NCBI GenBank assembly: GCA_009602725.1
Contig: WELB01000029.1
Coordinates: forward strand, 627,522 to 691,521
DNA from: Spirogloea muscicola
Lineage: Eukaryota
Direction of reading: 5' to 3'
Length of the DNA: 64,000 nt
Below, piece by piece: positions 51,091-63,600 of this stretch. Every line of letters starts with the position of its first letter. The stretch's first letter is position 1. The translations under genes and the position numbers were made by a program. The notes under the pieces are model-generated. The model was not told the DNA's origin. It saw only the letters and a list, made by a program, of their open reading frames with translations, and ran no database searches.

Positions 51091-51936
51091 GCAGCCCTGC
51101 GGCTGCCTGCTGCTGAATGTTACTGCCGCGCGCGTCTCGTTGCCGGCTCGCTTTGGAGACCTTGGCGGCGACCCGTCTGCACCCTGGAGGGAGGGGCGCC
51201 ACGGAGAAGCACCAGAAGCATGCAGCAGAGACCTGACCGGAGGTCGAGGGATTAGTGAAGCTTTGAGAGAGGCGCAGCCCTGCTGCTTTTTTCAGGGCTG
51301 CCTCTCCCAGCCACCGCCCTCTCATGGAAGCGTATTTCTCGGCTGCTGCCCTGCTGCTGCAGACGGCTGCTGCGCGGCTCGTTGCTGGGTCGCTGTGATT
51401 ACCTTGGCGGCGTCCCGCTTAAATCCGCAGCGAGAGCTTAGGAGGTGGAGCCGCTGCCTAGCAGGCGTCACGTGGCGAGACTTCCGCTGTGCTTGAGTGA
51501 TTTCTCGTGGCGGTTGGTCTCCTAAGTCCCAAAGCACTCAATCTAAGAAGGACGCATACAGCTCCAACCTGCGCTCATAAAATCATCTGTAATAATTGCA
51601 GAAAGTCAGGGCATCGGCAGGCGGTATCCTCTGCGTCTATCCGTACAGCCGCTAGGGAAGATGCGCCAAAGGACGCAGGAGATGAGCATTTTTGCAGTTG
51701 AGCTCTACAAAGTAGGAATGCAGGACCCGGCTGTAGTGCAGAACCAGGCAAAGGCCGGTGTCCGCGCCGGGCGCTTGATGCGTCGACCAGCTTCCTCAAT
51801 CTCAGCCGGAGGTACTGCTGCCGGAGGGGAATTAGGTGGCACACTTGAGTCAGCCGACTCCATGCTGTGTAATGACATTGACAAAGTAGGATTGTCAATG
51901 CAGCAGTAACGGCTCGACAGATGCCTGGAGACTAGC

Positions 51937-52671
51937 TGTAACGTTCAGTCCTTAACAGGCAGATTAGGGCTAGATGCGTGCTTATTGAAATTGAGTGCTT
52001 GGGGACTTAGGGACAACCACCCGCCACGAGGAAGCACTCCGACACAGCGGAAGACTTGCCCGGTAGCGCTGCCGCCAGGCAGCAGCTCCACCTGCTGGGC
52101 ACGCGCTGCAGACTTGCCCCAAGCGGAACGCCGCCAGGGTCTCCACAGCAGAGCCGGCAACGAGTCGCGGGCGGCAGCGGTCTACAGCAGCAAGTAGCCG
52201 CAGAGCTGCGCCTGACAGAGCTCCACTGAGTCCCTGGCCTCCCGTCGGGTCTCTCTCTACTCCTTACTTTGGTGTTCTCCGTGCCACCCCCCTCCCAGGG
52301 AGCACGGGGGTCGCCCCAAGGCTCGCCCGCGAGGAGCGTGCCTGACAAGGGAACCATGAGCTGTCTCCAGCAGGCGCCTCGGCGCCGAGCATGGCCGCGG
52401 GAGAGCATGCCGCCAGGCATGGCCGAGGCCGGGCATGGCCGAGCATGGCCGCAGCCGAACATGCCGCCGGGGGCGTGCCGGCCCACGCATGCCGCCGAGC
52501 ATGTCTAGGCCGAGCATGACGAGAGCATGCGAGGCCACCGGGTCGAGCCTGGAGGGAACGACAACAGCACGAGTGCCAGGGCGCTTTATACTGTCCGGCA
52601 GAAACGGCCAAAAGAACACCATGTAAGCGTTAAGAACACTGTGTGGCGCTCGCAAACCGGGGAACGTTACA
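51937..52671 (-). mobile_element. Solo LTR of family D
   Basis: TGTAACGTT...AACGTTACA termini. Flanks CTAGC/CTAGG (TSD with 1 mismatch). Related fragments at ~51480-51560 and ~54720-54845. Confidence 0.75.
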
Positions 52672-53111
52672 CTAGGCACCTCATTCCGGCGACCAAATAA
52701 GCCTCTCCAGCGCTTGCGCAGGAAAGGCTTGAGAAATGCCTGGAGACGGGACATCCCACCAGGCTGACAGATTTTCTTCCTCGAGCTGCAAATGGCGCAA
52801 CCTGAAGTCGTGACGCAAGACACAGCTATCACTGGCGCTCGAACAGCCATGGGAGGCGGCTGCTGTGTAACCTTCCTAAATTGCACACCATAGGTGGTAA
52901 TTGGATATTGTGGTGGACTGTAGACTGCTCACGCAAGCCCGATGGTAGTAGACCGTCAGTTGCTATTTAGGGGCCATTGACTGGAAACCGTCAGTATGGC
53001 GGTGTTGGCCGATCCATGGGATTGATTGCCGATGGTAGACCGAATGGCCGTCGACAGGTCGTGGACCGGTCGTCGACCTAAGTGGTCATACAGGGATCAG
53101 GACGTTACACA

Positions 53112-53215
53112 TAGCACGAACCAATCCGTCATCTCGTCCAGCCAGGCTTGGAGGCCCCCAAGCTCCATCTGGCCAGAATATCTCTGGGGTCTAGACGGGC
53201 AACCCGACCCATGAA
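53112..53215 (-). pseudogene. gag fragment
   Basis: PSRPQRYSGQMELGGLQAWLDEMTDWFVLC resembles QPWLDEMDEWFVC of the gag at ~44450-44490. Confidence 0.65.
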
Positions 53216-53322
53216 GGGTGTTCACCTGGCTCTGGTCAACTGAGGTCGCCGCTTGTCGGGGGCGCCACAGGGCAAGTCTTCCATGGCGCTGATGCGCGAG
53301 TGCTTCCCTTGTAGAAGGTTGG

Positions 53323-53953
53323 TGTAACGACCCAGCCGGTTGATTAAGCCATACGGTGCTTTTAGCGTTACATGACCGCTTGCCGTTTGTCGGCAAGTGG
53401 CCCGCCAGGTGGCGGGCTGGCTGGCCGGGCAAGTGGCCCGCCCAGGTTTGGGCCCCGCCGGTCCTGAAATACCCCTCGCTAGTTCACGAGTTCACGGGAG
53501 GATCTTTGGCCCACCGCAAGACAGGCCATGGGGCGACCCGCTCACACCCCTGGAGGGGGGGTGGCACGGGGGAAGCACTACGAGCCTTGGGCTGAGACCC
53601 GACATCAGTTCGGACCTGTGGAACTCGACAGCAGCCTTGCTGCTACCTGCCGCCGCAGCCGCCGCCGCACCCTGCTGCGGCTGCGGGGCTTGCTGCGGAG
53701 AGTCCGTGGCTGCGCCCCTTGGGGGACAGCCGCCGCCGCAGCCCGCTGCAGGACTTGTGGCGGGGAGCCCCGCAGGGAACAGCTGCGCCCAGGAGGTGGA
53801 GTCGCCGCCGGACGGCGGCGCCACAGGCTGTCTTCCGCTGCGCCTACGCGCTAGTGCTTCACTGTGTAGTGTGTTCGCTCCTAGACCCCTTACGGCCGAA
53901 CATAACAAGGACGACTCACCCTAACTGCGTGTGTAGGGGCGAGGTTCCTTACA
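53323..53953 (+). mobile_element. Solo LTR, divergent family A variant
   Basis: TGTAACGACC...GGTTCCTTACA. Flanks GTTGG/ATTGG (1 mismatch). Confidence 0.85.
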
Positions 53954-55781
53954 ATTGGTTCCTAAATCTTGGTCTCAACGATCTCAACAGGACAATCCAC
54001 CGCAAATTATCTGCAAGGGCAAATTTTGACACGGGGGACCGCCCTAAGGCCCATCCTCGTGAAGGCGGGCCTGACGAGGAGAGAACGAGTATAACGGCCT
54101 TTCGTAAATTATGCACCAGCCAGCACGACTGCACATCGCATTGCCTTGCATGTGCATTACACTATATCGCCATCTGAGACTCCTGTTTTCTCAACTGTCT
54201 GTATTTCAGTGCCTAGTCGCTTTCACGTACTACCTACTGTGCTGGACTTCTTTGTGTTATCTCACGTTCGTCTCCGTCAGTCTCGTGGTTCTGGTGCGTC
54301 AGCCTCATGGCTGTTGCGAGGACGGCAGCAGCTGCGACCAAAGGCGACAGCGACGGGGGAGCGCCGAAAGGGGGTATGGGGAGTGTTTGGACGAGTTTCC
54401 TCCAGACCTGGGGGCCCCTTGCGACTTGTTGCTATGTACGTACACTGGGCCCCGTGCCTTCAGAGTCCCTTCGAAGTTGTAAATAGTATCACAACAATAA
54501 ACTTACTCGTCATCGTGCTGGGGCTGGGAAGTGCACGTCCTCCCACGGCACATCACGGAGGACATCAGGGAGAAACCGATGGGGTGGCTGCTCACAGCCC
54601 TTGTGACAGTTCACATCTACAGAACAACAGCGCTGTGGCAGCTTGTGATTGCTTGCATTGCTTAAGCGAACCAGGCGGCCAGAGGGCGTATGGTCTGCCC
54701 AGAGCCAGTTCATGGTGGAGGTAGAGAGGCCGATGGTCGTCCTCGGTCATGCTTGGCGGCATACTCTGCCTCGGCCAAGCTCGGCGCCATGGCGCCTGCT
54801 GGAGACAGCTTGTGGATCCCTCGTCAGGCACGCTCCTCACGGGGCGTGATCTAGGGCGATGTATCGAATCTGTCCCTATACACACAATTAGAGTCAGATC
54901 GTCCTGTTTGGTAATCAGACATAGGGTATTTTGGAGACAACCCTCTTACAACGTAGAACGCCAGCGCACAGAGCACTCACTCCTAGAATGGACGCATTCG
55001 GCTCTTACCTGCCTCCTGGGGGCCGAACGCTGATCACACGGCGCTGCCAACGCAGGACGAGGTGTCCCTCGACACCATCCACCCCGTTAAGCGTCCCTTT
55101 GCCCTGTCACATCAGTGTGGCGCAGTGCAAGTGTAAATTATGGCAGACAAGGCTAATGAGTTCCAATCCATATTCATACTCATGGACCAAATACAGGCCG
55201 TACTGACCTGGTGGTCATCAGGCCTGGCGTGGGGTTCTGCATCATCGCCAATACGATCAGCACTGCGCTTTCGACACACCAACCTGCTTCTCCCTGCCTG
55301 GAAGGCAGGCCAGGCCGTCTACAACGGCGCCGTTTGAAAGCAACTGAGCCTCCAGTCGAGAACGATTTCCTCTCAACTGGCATGGCAAATGCGTGGCGTT
55401 GAGGCACAGGGGCTTCACCTTCTTCGCTGGCTCGCGATAGAGAAGAGTTCCGCGGCAGTAAAAAGGAGTTGCTAGATTGCAAACCGACGGGCTCCTGGCT
55501 CCTGGCCCTTGTCTACGGCATGCGTCTCTGTTATATCCTGCGACAATATTGGCTTATGATTGCATACGCGTGCTGAACGTAGCCTCGCTGCTTTATCAGG
55601 CTAATGTGACGCTCCTTCTCGTCGGGGAGTGCCAACGGTGCTGGTATATTTACATGTTCGTATGTACCGTTGAGAGTCTCAAACGGTGCCGGTAGCTTTG
55701 CTACACCGTGTGTAGCTAAGTACGATTCAAAGCCTCGGGCTTTGTACATCGCGATGTTGTCCGCAAGGCGTACTGTCAGAG

Positions 55782-55960
55782 AGGCGCTGCTTCGCTCGCG
55801 CCCTGCATTGTCCAGGAGTCGTAATACTCCGACAGGCGCTGCTTCGCTTGCGCGCGGTATCGTCCAGGAGTCGTACTCCCTCGACAGGCGCTGCTTCGCT
55901 CGCGCACGGCGTCGTCCGGGAGTTGTCTCCATTAGCCAGGCGCTGCTTCGCTCGCGCGCG
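55782..55960. repeat. 52-bp-period minisatellite, 4 cores
   Basis: AGGCGCTGCTTCGCT(C/T)GCG starts at 55782, 55834, 55886 and 55938. Another core is at ~33892. Confidence 0.9.
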
Positions 55961-55989
55961 GCAGCGGCAGGCAGACTTGTCGTACTCCT

Positions 55990-57669
55990 TGTTAGGCCCG
56001 CTCTTCCGGGGAGTACCTTGGGACGACCCCGTCTGTAATGAACCAGCCATCTGCTCAAGCCACATGGCTCTGTTGGCATTACATGACCGGCTATTTGGGA
56101 CAAGTGGGCCCGCCAGGTGGCGGGCTGGCTTGCCGGGCAAGTGGCCCGCCCAGAGGCGGGCCCAGCCCGTCGAGAAATATCCCTCGCCAGGTTCCACCCT
56201 GCCAAGGGGGGACCTTGGGCCCGCCCGCAAGGGCAGGCCTTGGGGCGACCCGCTCACACCCCTGGAGGGGGGGTGGCACGGGGAAGCACGTGGAGCCTTG
56301 GGGGCTGAGGCTCGAGAGAGGAGTTCGAGCCGGTGAAGCCCAGGAGCAGCCTTGCCGCTGCTCGCCGCCGCAGCCGCCGCCGCACCCTGCTGCGGGGCCT
56401 GCTGCGCTGGCCTGCGCCCAGGAGGTGGAGTCGCCGCCGGACGGCGGCGCCACGGGGCCTGTCATCCGCTGCGCCTATGCGCTAGTGCTTTGCCTGTGTA
56501 GTGGGTTGGTCCCTAAACCTCCTACCGCCGAACTCAAGAAGGACTGCTCACCCTAACTGCGTGTGTAGGGCGAGGTTCCTTACACCGTCACACCCTCTGA
56601 GGAGGGTTGGCGGGGGGGGGCGCTATCAGTAATAGGCCGAGGCCAGACTTATCAGTCGGACCACAGCCGAGATAGGCACAGCCCTGCTGCTGCCCGCTGC
56701 CGCAGCCGCCGCCACATCTCTGCTGCTGCCGCCTGCTGCCCAGCACGTCGCCGCAGCACGTCGCTGCGGGCCTTGCCGGCTATTCGTACGAATGGCTGCG
56801 CCCCATGTGGACGGCTACCGATCCTCGGTAGAGTCACCGCCTTTGGGCGGTGCCTCAGGGTAAGACTTCCGCTGCGCTATGTGCGCGTGTGTGTGCTGTG
56901 TACGCTGGCATTCTCCTGTAAGAGGGTTGTCGCCAAAACACCCTATGTCCGAACCCCAAAGAGGACTCTCTGAGCCTGACTGTGTGTGTAAAGTATAGGG
57001 ATAGGAACGTTACATTGATAGCAGAGAAGTCCTTGCATTAAGCCAGTCTCGTTGAATTTGAGTTCTACGATTGAAAGTGCAAGGAATCTGTACTCTGGAC
57101 ATATTGTTCTCTTTGAGAGTAGAATACTCCAATTCTATACGTGGAGCCGTCATCGGCGAAACGTCTAAGTCTGCATACGTGGAGCCGTCATCGGCGAAGC
57201 GGCAAGTCTGCCACCCTTTCGCCTTCTAATCCCACGCACCGGGCCTTTAGGATGCCGTGTGGCTCATCTCCCCGTCGGCAATCCTTATTGCCTGGTCATC
57301 TTTAGCCCACGTAGCTCCCTGTGCCCAATCGGTAGCCGGCATATGAGGCACAGATTTGCGAATGGCCGCAGGTGGAAGGCAATCTGACTGTCGGCCAGGC
57401 GCTGGTCTGTACTGTCGCCCTGATCCCCTCCCTCACTCTCTTCTACAGCTCTGCTGTCTGGAGGTATGCTTCTGGCGGGCTACAACGATTGCTTTGCTTT
57501 CAGGATGGCGGCCAGCCACAATCCTCACCTCTTTACAGTGCCAAGCACCATAAAAACTAAAGAGCTTCTGGAGTGTGGCAATCCACGACCAGGGTGAGGG
57601 CGCACCAGCCACCAACACCAGAAATATGGCAAGGGAGTACCAAAGCAGGATCACCGATGCTGCGGCATC
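55990..57669 (+). mobile_element. LTR family C (55990-57014, split by a solo LTR-A) plus degenerate PBS and leader
   Basis: TGTTAGGCCCG...GAACGTTACA, then ttgatagcagag. The leader is homologous to 34402-34880. Confidence 0.75.
56034..56584 (+). mobile_element. Solo LTR of family A inside LTR-C
   Basis: TGTAATG...CCTTACA. Perfect TSD CCGTC (56029-56033 / 56585-56589). Confidence 0.93.
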
Positions 57670-60600
57670 TGTAAGATCCTAACCCCTATACAAACACTTA
57701 GGGGTCAAAAGTCCCTAATTGACTTCGCTCACTGGGCTTAAGAGAGCACCCCCAAGCACAGTGAAGCATCACGCGTACTACGCAGCGGAATACGTTACCC
57801 CGAGGCGCCGCCGACAGGCGGCGACTCCCCTTTCGAGTACGGGCAGCAACTGTCCCCAAGGGCCAGGCACAACCTACTCACAGGAGAGCCGATAAGGATC
57901 GGCAGCGAGGGGCTGCGGCGACGGGCTGCAGCAGCAGGCAGCAGCAGGGCTGCGTCGACAGGCTGCTACTGTAACGTCCCCGCCGTTACGGGACGCTTAC
58001 CTCCGAGTTGAGGGCTACCGTGTAACCACTGACGCGCACCTGACTGACGCGTGCGACGCGCGAGAGCGCCGCGCGAGGTGTCGCGCGGTGTGACGCGCCT
58101 GCTGACGATATGACGTGCAAGCGCGCCGCCTCTAGCAGAAGCGGCGGATCCTGGACTTCCAGAGCGGAGCTTCTCGGCATATTCCTGATTCTGCCGCCGT
58201 GCTCGCAACGACGTGTATGTGACACGTGTGGCGCGCCCGTGACGCCGCGCCACACCCGTGACGCACTGCTGGCACCGCAAGCCGGCGCCGCAGGGCGCCG
58301 CTCGGCAGCGCCGCAGGACAGCCGCCGCTTCCAGAAGGGAGCCGCATGGCCTGCCCTCGCACTAGACTCCCCTTGTCGGGCCCGCCTTCCCGAAGGTGGG
58401 GCCTGAGACGAGTCTCCCAGAGACTCCTCGCGAGGGTGGCACATGAATCACTACAAGTAGGGCTGAGAGCAGACTCGGGGACACCCGGTCAAACATCAGT
58501 GAAGCCCGCGAGAGAGAGGCGCAGCTCTGCTGCCGCCTGCTGCCGCAGCTCGCCGACGCAGTCCTGCTGCTGCCTGCTCCCGCAGCCCGTCGCCGCATTC
58601 CGTCGTTGCGGATCTGAACCGGCTCTCCTTAAGTAAGACTGTGACTGCTTCCCATGAGGACAGTCCCTGGCCCGTACCTGAGAGGTGAGTCGCCGCCTGT
58701 CGGCGGCGCCTCCGGGCAAGGTATTCCGCTGCGTAGTACACGTGTGCTTCACTGTGCTGGGGTTTGTCTCTGAATACCAGCGACCGGAATCAATAAGGAC
58801 ATACTGACCCCTGACTGTGCTGTTGAGGGTCAGGAACATCACATTGGTATCAGAGGAAGTTTCGCCGTCAAGAACTGGTACCCCTTGCCGCGGATTGATG
58901 ATCTGTTCGATCGTCTCGCAGGAGCTAATGTGTTCAGCTCTCTTGATTTGCAAAGCGGCTATTACCAAATTCGCATTATGCCTGAGGACGTACCAAATCG
59001 GCTTTCCGTACGCCACTCGGTCCCTTCCAATTCAAGGTGCTCATTTTTGGCTTGACCAATGCACCTGCACACTTCAGGCTGTAATGACGAAGGTCTTTGG
59101 CCCTCTACGAAATCGTACTGATTTACTTGGATGACATACTGTTGTTCAGTAAAACGCCCGAAGATTACGTGGGGCACCTGCCGGATTCACGTCGACCCCA
59201 AAAAGACTGCTATAGTAAAGGACTGGCCGGTGCCACGGAATGTGCCACAGTTGCGTTCTTCTTGGGATTCGCAAATTAGTTCCGTAAGTTTCCACAAGGA
59301 TACGGAATTATGGCATCTCCACTTACGAAGCTCACTCGTAAGGACGTGTCCTGGGGGTGGACGTCCGAGTGCCAGAAGGCGAGTGCGGGTCCTGGTCAAT
59401 CCACCCGTTTTGGCCTTGCCTCGAGAAGGCGTGCAATTTGAAGTAATCTGTGACGCCTTATTGGACGGTATTGGTGCCGTTCTCTTGCTGGAGGGTCACC
59501 CCGTAGCATTTGAGAGTCGCCTGCTTCGTCCGGCAGAGGGCAACTATGCTACGGGGGAGCACGAGCACCTTGCTGTTGTGCACGCCCTACGTGTGTGGCG
59601 ATGCTATCTCGAAGGTGTTGAACTTACAGTCGTAACGGATCATTGCCCGTTGACCTACTTTCACATACAACAGCATTTGAGCAGGCGTCAAGCAAGGTTG
59701 GCAGAGTTGTTGGCCATGATCCATTCCGTGGGTGTACCGCCCTGGAAGAATGAATGTTGCGAACCTGATGAGCCGCAACATTGCAGGGGCTGATGTGGTG
59801 GCTGTCTTGCACGCGTCAGGGGTTCAGACCGCAGACGTGCGGCCTACTCGTGGAGCTGCTCGGCAGTCCACCGCCAACCTCTACTGAGCTGTATGTGCGT
59901 ATTTGTAGTGGGTAGAGCACCGATCCGGGGTTTGCAGATGCGCCCAATACACGCACACTTGTGTCTGACCAAGATTTTCGGTGGCAAGGGGACGCCATTG
60001 TAGTTCCTGACTGCAATTTCCTACGAAGTACTATCATGCAAGAGATGCATGAACCACCCTATAGTGGACATTGGGTGTTGGGAACACCAAGAAAGCTATT
60101 CAGCTTCTCTTTTGTTGGCTCAGCTTGAAAGCCCAGGTACAGTCTTCTGTAAGGACTTGCGCCAGTTGCCAGCGTAGTAAGGCACGCTCTCACAAGCCTG
60201 ATGGATTGCTCCAACCTTTGGAGATTCCTCCGCGGAGCTGGTTGGATGTCAGTGTGGAGTTTATCTCCTAGCTCCTCAAGACGCGAAAAGGCTATGATGC
60301 CATTGTCGTGTTTGTGGATCGTCTAAGTAAAATGGTGCATTTTGCGTCTACGACCACCACTGTGTCCGCTCGGGAATTTGCTGGTATCTTTGTGGACCGT
60401 GTATGGAAACTGCACAGAGTGCCCTAGCGAGTCGTGTCTGATCGCTACCCTCTCTTGACGGGTTATTTCTGGCGTGAAGTGTGCAGGCTTATTGACACTA
60501 AGCAATCCGTTATCCACGGCTTCCACCCCCAAACCGATGGTCAGACAGAAAGGATGAGTCGGGTTTTGGAGGACATGTTACGGCACTTTGTATACCCCAG

Positions 60601-63600
60601 CCAGATTGACTGGGATAAGTATCTTGCTCCAGCAGAATATGCTATGAACAATGCCTTACATGAGCCCCCACACCTTTCTTCCTTAACTACGGCACCTTCA
60701 CAGGTGGGGAGGCCGGAATGCGTGCCGGCCACAACAACCTTTACCGGTCACCTCCTGGAAGCTCAGCGGAGGGCTAGGCAATGCTCGGAGATTGCCCAGC
60801 AATGGCAAAAGGAGTATGCTGATCGACGTCGTCGATATATGTCCTTCGACGTGGGTGCTCAAGTGCTATTAAGCACAAAGCACCTCTCCATGCGGGCTGT
60901 AGGTTCGTCTAAATTGCTGCCAAAGTGGGTTGAACCCTTTTGTGCAGTGCGCCGGATCGGTCCGGTCGCATATGAGTTGGTTACACCGGTATGCTGGAAA
61001 ATCCACAAGGTATTCCACGTGTCCCAGCTCGAACCATTCCATTCGGATAGTCGTGTCCAAGCGCCGCCACCTCCCCTCGTCATTGCGAACGAGGAATAGT
61101 TTCAGGTGGCGGAGATCTTATCTCACGGTGACAAATTCCGTGGGCGACGTAAGTCTCGAGAGTACCTTGTCAAGTGGCTAGGTCATGGACCTGAGCACAA
61201 TACGTGGGAAGCGGCGGCCAATGTTGCCCATCGTCGCGCCGTTCTCCGTAAGTATCTTGCCGTAGGGCATTCCCCTTTGCGTCGTAGTACCACATGGCCC
61301 CGTCGAACTTGACCTCTTCTGGTTTGTGGCCTATTACCCTTGATCCCGAGGACGTGAACATCTAAGTGGGGAGGAATGTAACGTCCCCGCCATTACAAGA
61401 CGCTTGACTCCGAGTGAAGCGCTACCGTGTAACCACTGACGCGCACGTGATTGACGCGTGTGACGCGCAAGAGGGCCGCGCAAAGTATTGCGCGGTGTGA
61501 CGCGCCTGCTGACGATATGACGTGCAAGCGCGCCGCCCCCAGCAGAGGCGGCCAATGCTGGACTGTTTAAGCGGAGCTCCTCGGCATATGTCTGAATCGG
61601 CCGCCGTGCTCGTAATGACGTGTATCTGACACGTGTGGCGCACCCGTGACGCCGCGCCACACCCGTGACCCACTGGCGGCGCCGCAAGCCGGCGCTGCAG
61701 GGCGCCGCTCGGCGGCGCCGCAGGATGGCCGCCGCTTCCAGAAGGGAGCCGCGTGGCCTGCCCTCGCACTACATTCCCCTTGTCGGGCCCACCTTCCCGA
61801 AGGTGGACCCTGAGACGAGCCTCCCAAAGACCCTTCACGAGGGTGGCACATGAAGCAGTACAAGTAGGGCTGAGAACAGACTCGGGGACACCCGGTCAAC
61901 ATCGTGAAGCTTGCGCGAGAGAGGCGCAGCCCTGCTGCCGCCTGCTGCCGCAGCTCGCCGACGCAGTCCTGCTGCTGCCTGCTCCCGCAGCCCGTCGCCG
62001 CATCCCGTTGTCGCGGATCTTCATCGGCTCTCCTTGAGTAGGACTGTGACTGCTTACCTGGAGGACAGTCTCTGGCCCGTACCTGAGAGGTGAGTTGCCG
62101 CCTGTCGGCGGCGCCTCAGGGCAAGGTATTCCGCCCCTGCATAGTACACGTGTGCTTCACTGTGCTGGGGGTTTGTCTCTAAACCCCAGCGACCGGAACC
62201 AATAAGAACATACTGACCCCTGACTGTGCTCTTAAGGGTCAGGGTCATCATAGCTACAGCAGGCGGCAGCAGGGCTGCGCCTCTCGCGCGTGGGCGCTTC
62301 CCTGATCCTGACTGGGTCCCCCGAGTCTCGTCTCAGTACTCATAAGCTTCACGTGCCACCCTTCTCAGGGTCTCTGGGAGGCTCGCCTCAAGGCCCTCCT
62401 TCGAGAAAGCGGGCCCGACAAGGGGGATACGATTACGAGTCAGGTGTTCGCGAGAACCACGCCAAGCTGCTTCTGGGAGCACCGTCTCCCTGCGCGTCGC
62501 GGCGCCGCCCTGCGCGTCACAGGCGCGTCGCGGCGTCGCAGGCGCGCCACACGTGTCACATACGTGTCACTGCGAGTACGGCCGCGCCGCCGAGCAGCTC
62601 TTCTTCCGGAATCGGCGCAACGGCGGCACGGCTGCGGCACCGCAGCGGCACGCCGCGTGTCATACCGCACGTCACCGTGCGTCGTGCGCATCAGGCGCGC
62701 GCGCGTCACGCACGCGTCAGTGGAGCGCGCGCCACCGTCACTATACTCGAGGTAAAGACGTTCCTTCCGTAACGGCGCGGACGTCACATTCCTCCCCACT
62801 AACATGTTCACGTCCTCGGGAACAGGACACAGGATGGAGGAGATAAGTCGAAAAAATATTCCGCGACTGGTGCGTCCAATAATACGACGCAATGGAGTAA
62901 CACGCCACTGTCCGAGATCGTGCGCGAAATGGACGGGCAATTGGCATTTGGCCAAAGGCCTTCACGGATTATCAGGCCCATAGCCTAGCCACTTTACAAG
63001 ATACTCGCGGCACTTACGTCGCCCCCGGAGATTGTCGCGGTAAGACTAGATCTCCTCCACCTCATACTCTTCCTCATCCTCAACGACAAGAGGAGGTGGG
63101 GGGCGATCTGACACGACCATCCGTGTAAAGTGGCTCGAGCTGGGAAACATGGAACACTCTGGCAATTTTCCTTTGTACCAGGGCTCGTACGCGACCTTGC
63201 GGACCAGGCGGACTCCACAATAGGGTCCAAGCCATTGTAGCAGTAATTTAGGCGTACCGACAGCCCGCAAGGAGAGGTTATTTGTGCTTGATAACACTCG
63301 AGCACCCATGCGAAGGCCACATGTCGACGATGTCGATAAGCATACTCCTTTTGCCGTTGCTGGCAATCTCCAAGCATTGCCGAACCCTCCGCTGAGCATC
63401 CTGGAGCTTACGGTAAAGTTTGCTGCTGCCGGCACACGTTCTGGCCTCGCCACCTGTAAAGTTGCCCGGGGATGCTGACCGTGATTGAGGAAGAACGGGG
63501 TAAGTTTGGTGGTTTCATTTAAGGCATTGTTCACAGCATATTCTGCTGGAGCAAGATAAGCATCCCAGTCACTTTGGCTAGGGTTTACAAAATGCCTAAG

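Noticed and set aside
55782..55960. CRISPR-like array (19-bp core with ~33-bp intervals)
   Set aside because: The intervals resemble each other (gtcc(a/g)ggagt(c/t)gt), there are only four cores, no cas genes are present and the context is eukaryotic. It is a minisatellite.
41814..62955. Many Arg/Ala/Gly-rich ORFs within LTRs
   Set aside because: They are a by-product of high GC and GCA/GCG triplet runs, and the frames are not preserved between LTR copies.
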